In this document: piece after piece, positions 63,482-64,000 of the stretch
Position numbering within the stretch: position 1 is the first letter of the stretch
Layout of the letters: each line of letters begins with the position of its first letter
Translations under genes and position numbers: made by a program
The notes under the pieces: generated by a model
What the model saw: only the letters and a program-made list of their open reading frames with translations
What the model was told of the DNA's origin: nothing
The model's database searches: none
Assembly: GCA_000002445.1 (NCBI GenBank)
Contig: CM000207.1
Coordinates: 1,440,001-1,504,000 of the forward strand
DNA from: Trypanosoma brucei
Lineage: Eukaryota
Length of the DNA: 64,000 nucleotides
Reading direction: 5' to 3'

Positions 63482-64000
63482 CTTTCCAGGCTGATCGAGA
63501 GACGTATACTAGACCCGCTAATATGCGATACGTTGTGTGTATATATTAAACGTATCTATACCTACACCTAACAACTCTTTTATGTTGATTAACCCCGACT
63601 TACTACGTCCCCCTACAAAAGGAACACTGCGGAAAGAAATATATAAATGGCGAAAGTGAAGGAAACACCAAACATAACATCTATTACTGACATTTCGAAA
63701 CACGATGATGGTACATATAGTAACTCAACTTCCTCCAGGTCGACTTGCCGTGACGCGGACGCATAGTTGTTCACATGCAGCTGCAGCAAAAATAGTAAAA
63801 AAAAAGTTTGAACGATGATCAATCATCATCGTCCCCTCACTCCCCGAAAAGAAAAAAAAGCAACCCACAACAAAACATTGCGCAATCTACTATCTTTCAC
63901 TTCCTCTCCCGGGACGAAGTGACCGCAAGTAGCCCTACAGCTGCAACGCCTGAAAAGCATGCACTTGGTAATTAATAGGTCTGAAACCAACCTCGGTAAT

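Overview
This window reads as nuclear DNA from a trypanosomatid, most like the Trypanosoma brucei group. That attribution is inference from gene content and sequence style, not a database hit. Every convincing coding region is on the minus strand, from about 5.1 kb to 63.5 kb, so the window looks like one polycistronic transcription unit. Between genes there are low-complexity stretches with polypyrimidine/polypurine tracts and (TA)n, (CA)n, (GT)n and (GAAG)n microsatellites. The ORF-track hits inside those stretches and antisense to real genes are artefacts. Right to left along the minus strand the genes are: a SCAMP-like membrane protein, a 1424-aa AMP deaminase whose N-terminal half is a degenerate internal duplicate of the deaminase domain, a RanBP2-zinc-finger plus tandem-BRCT protein, an MRH-domain lectin, a histidine-phosphatase (PGAM-family) protein, two hypotheticals, a proteasome alpha-1 (PSMA6-type) subunit, an ATOM40-like outer-membrane beta-barrel, a 985-aa coiled-coil protein, a TPR protein, a DMC1/RAD51-family recombinase (most likely DMC1), an MCM8/9-family helicase (closest to MCM9), a TTLL-family tubulin ligase, two CCCH zinc-finger proteins (one 1030 aa with long His/Gln runs), a YG-repeat Gly-rich membrane protein, a hypothetical, a tandem array of four sphingolipid synthase (SLS) genes with copy-specific C-termini and downstream sequences, and a PSP1 C-terminal-domain protein. 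No tRNA, rRNA, spliced-leader, CRISPR or transposon signatures were recognised by eye. The points most worth following up are the mosaic SLS array and the single-nucleotide differences at residues I recall as specificity-determining, the AMP deaminase with a pseudo-deaminase N-domain, the unusual BRCT/RanBP2-finger protein, and two multi-kb ORF-free regions (1..5092 and 22220..28581).
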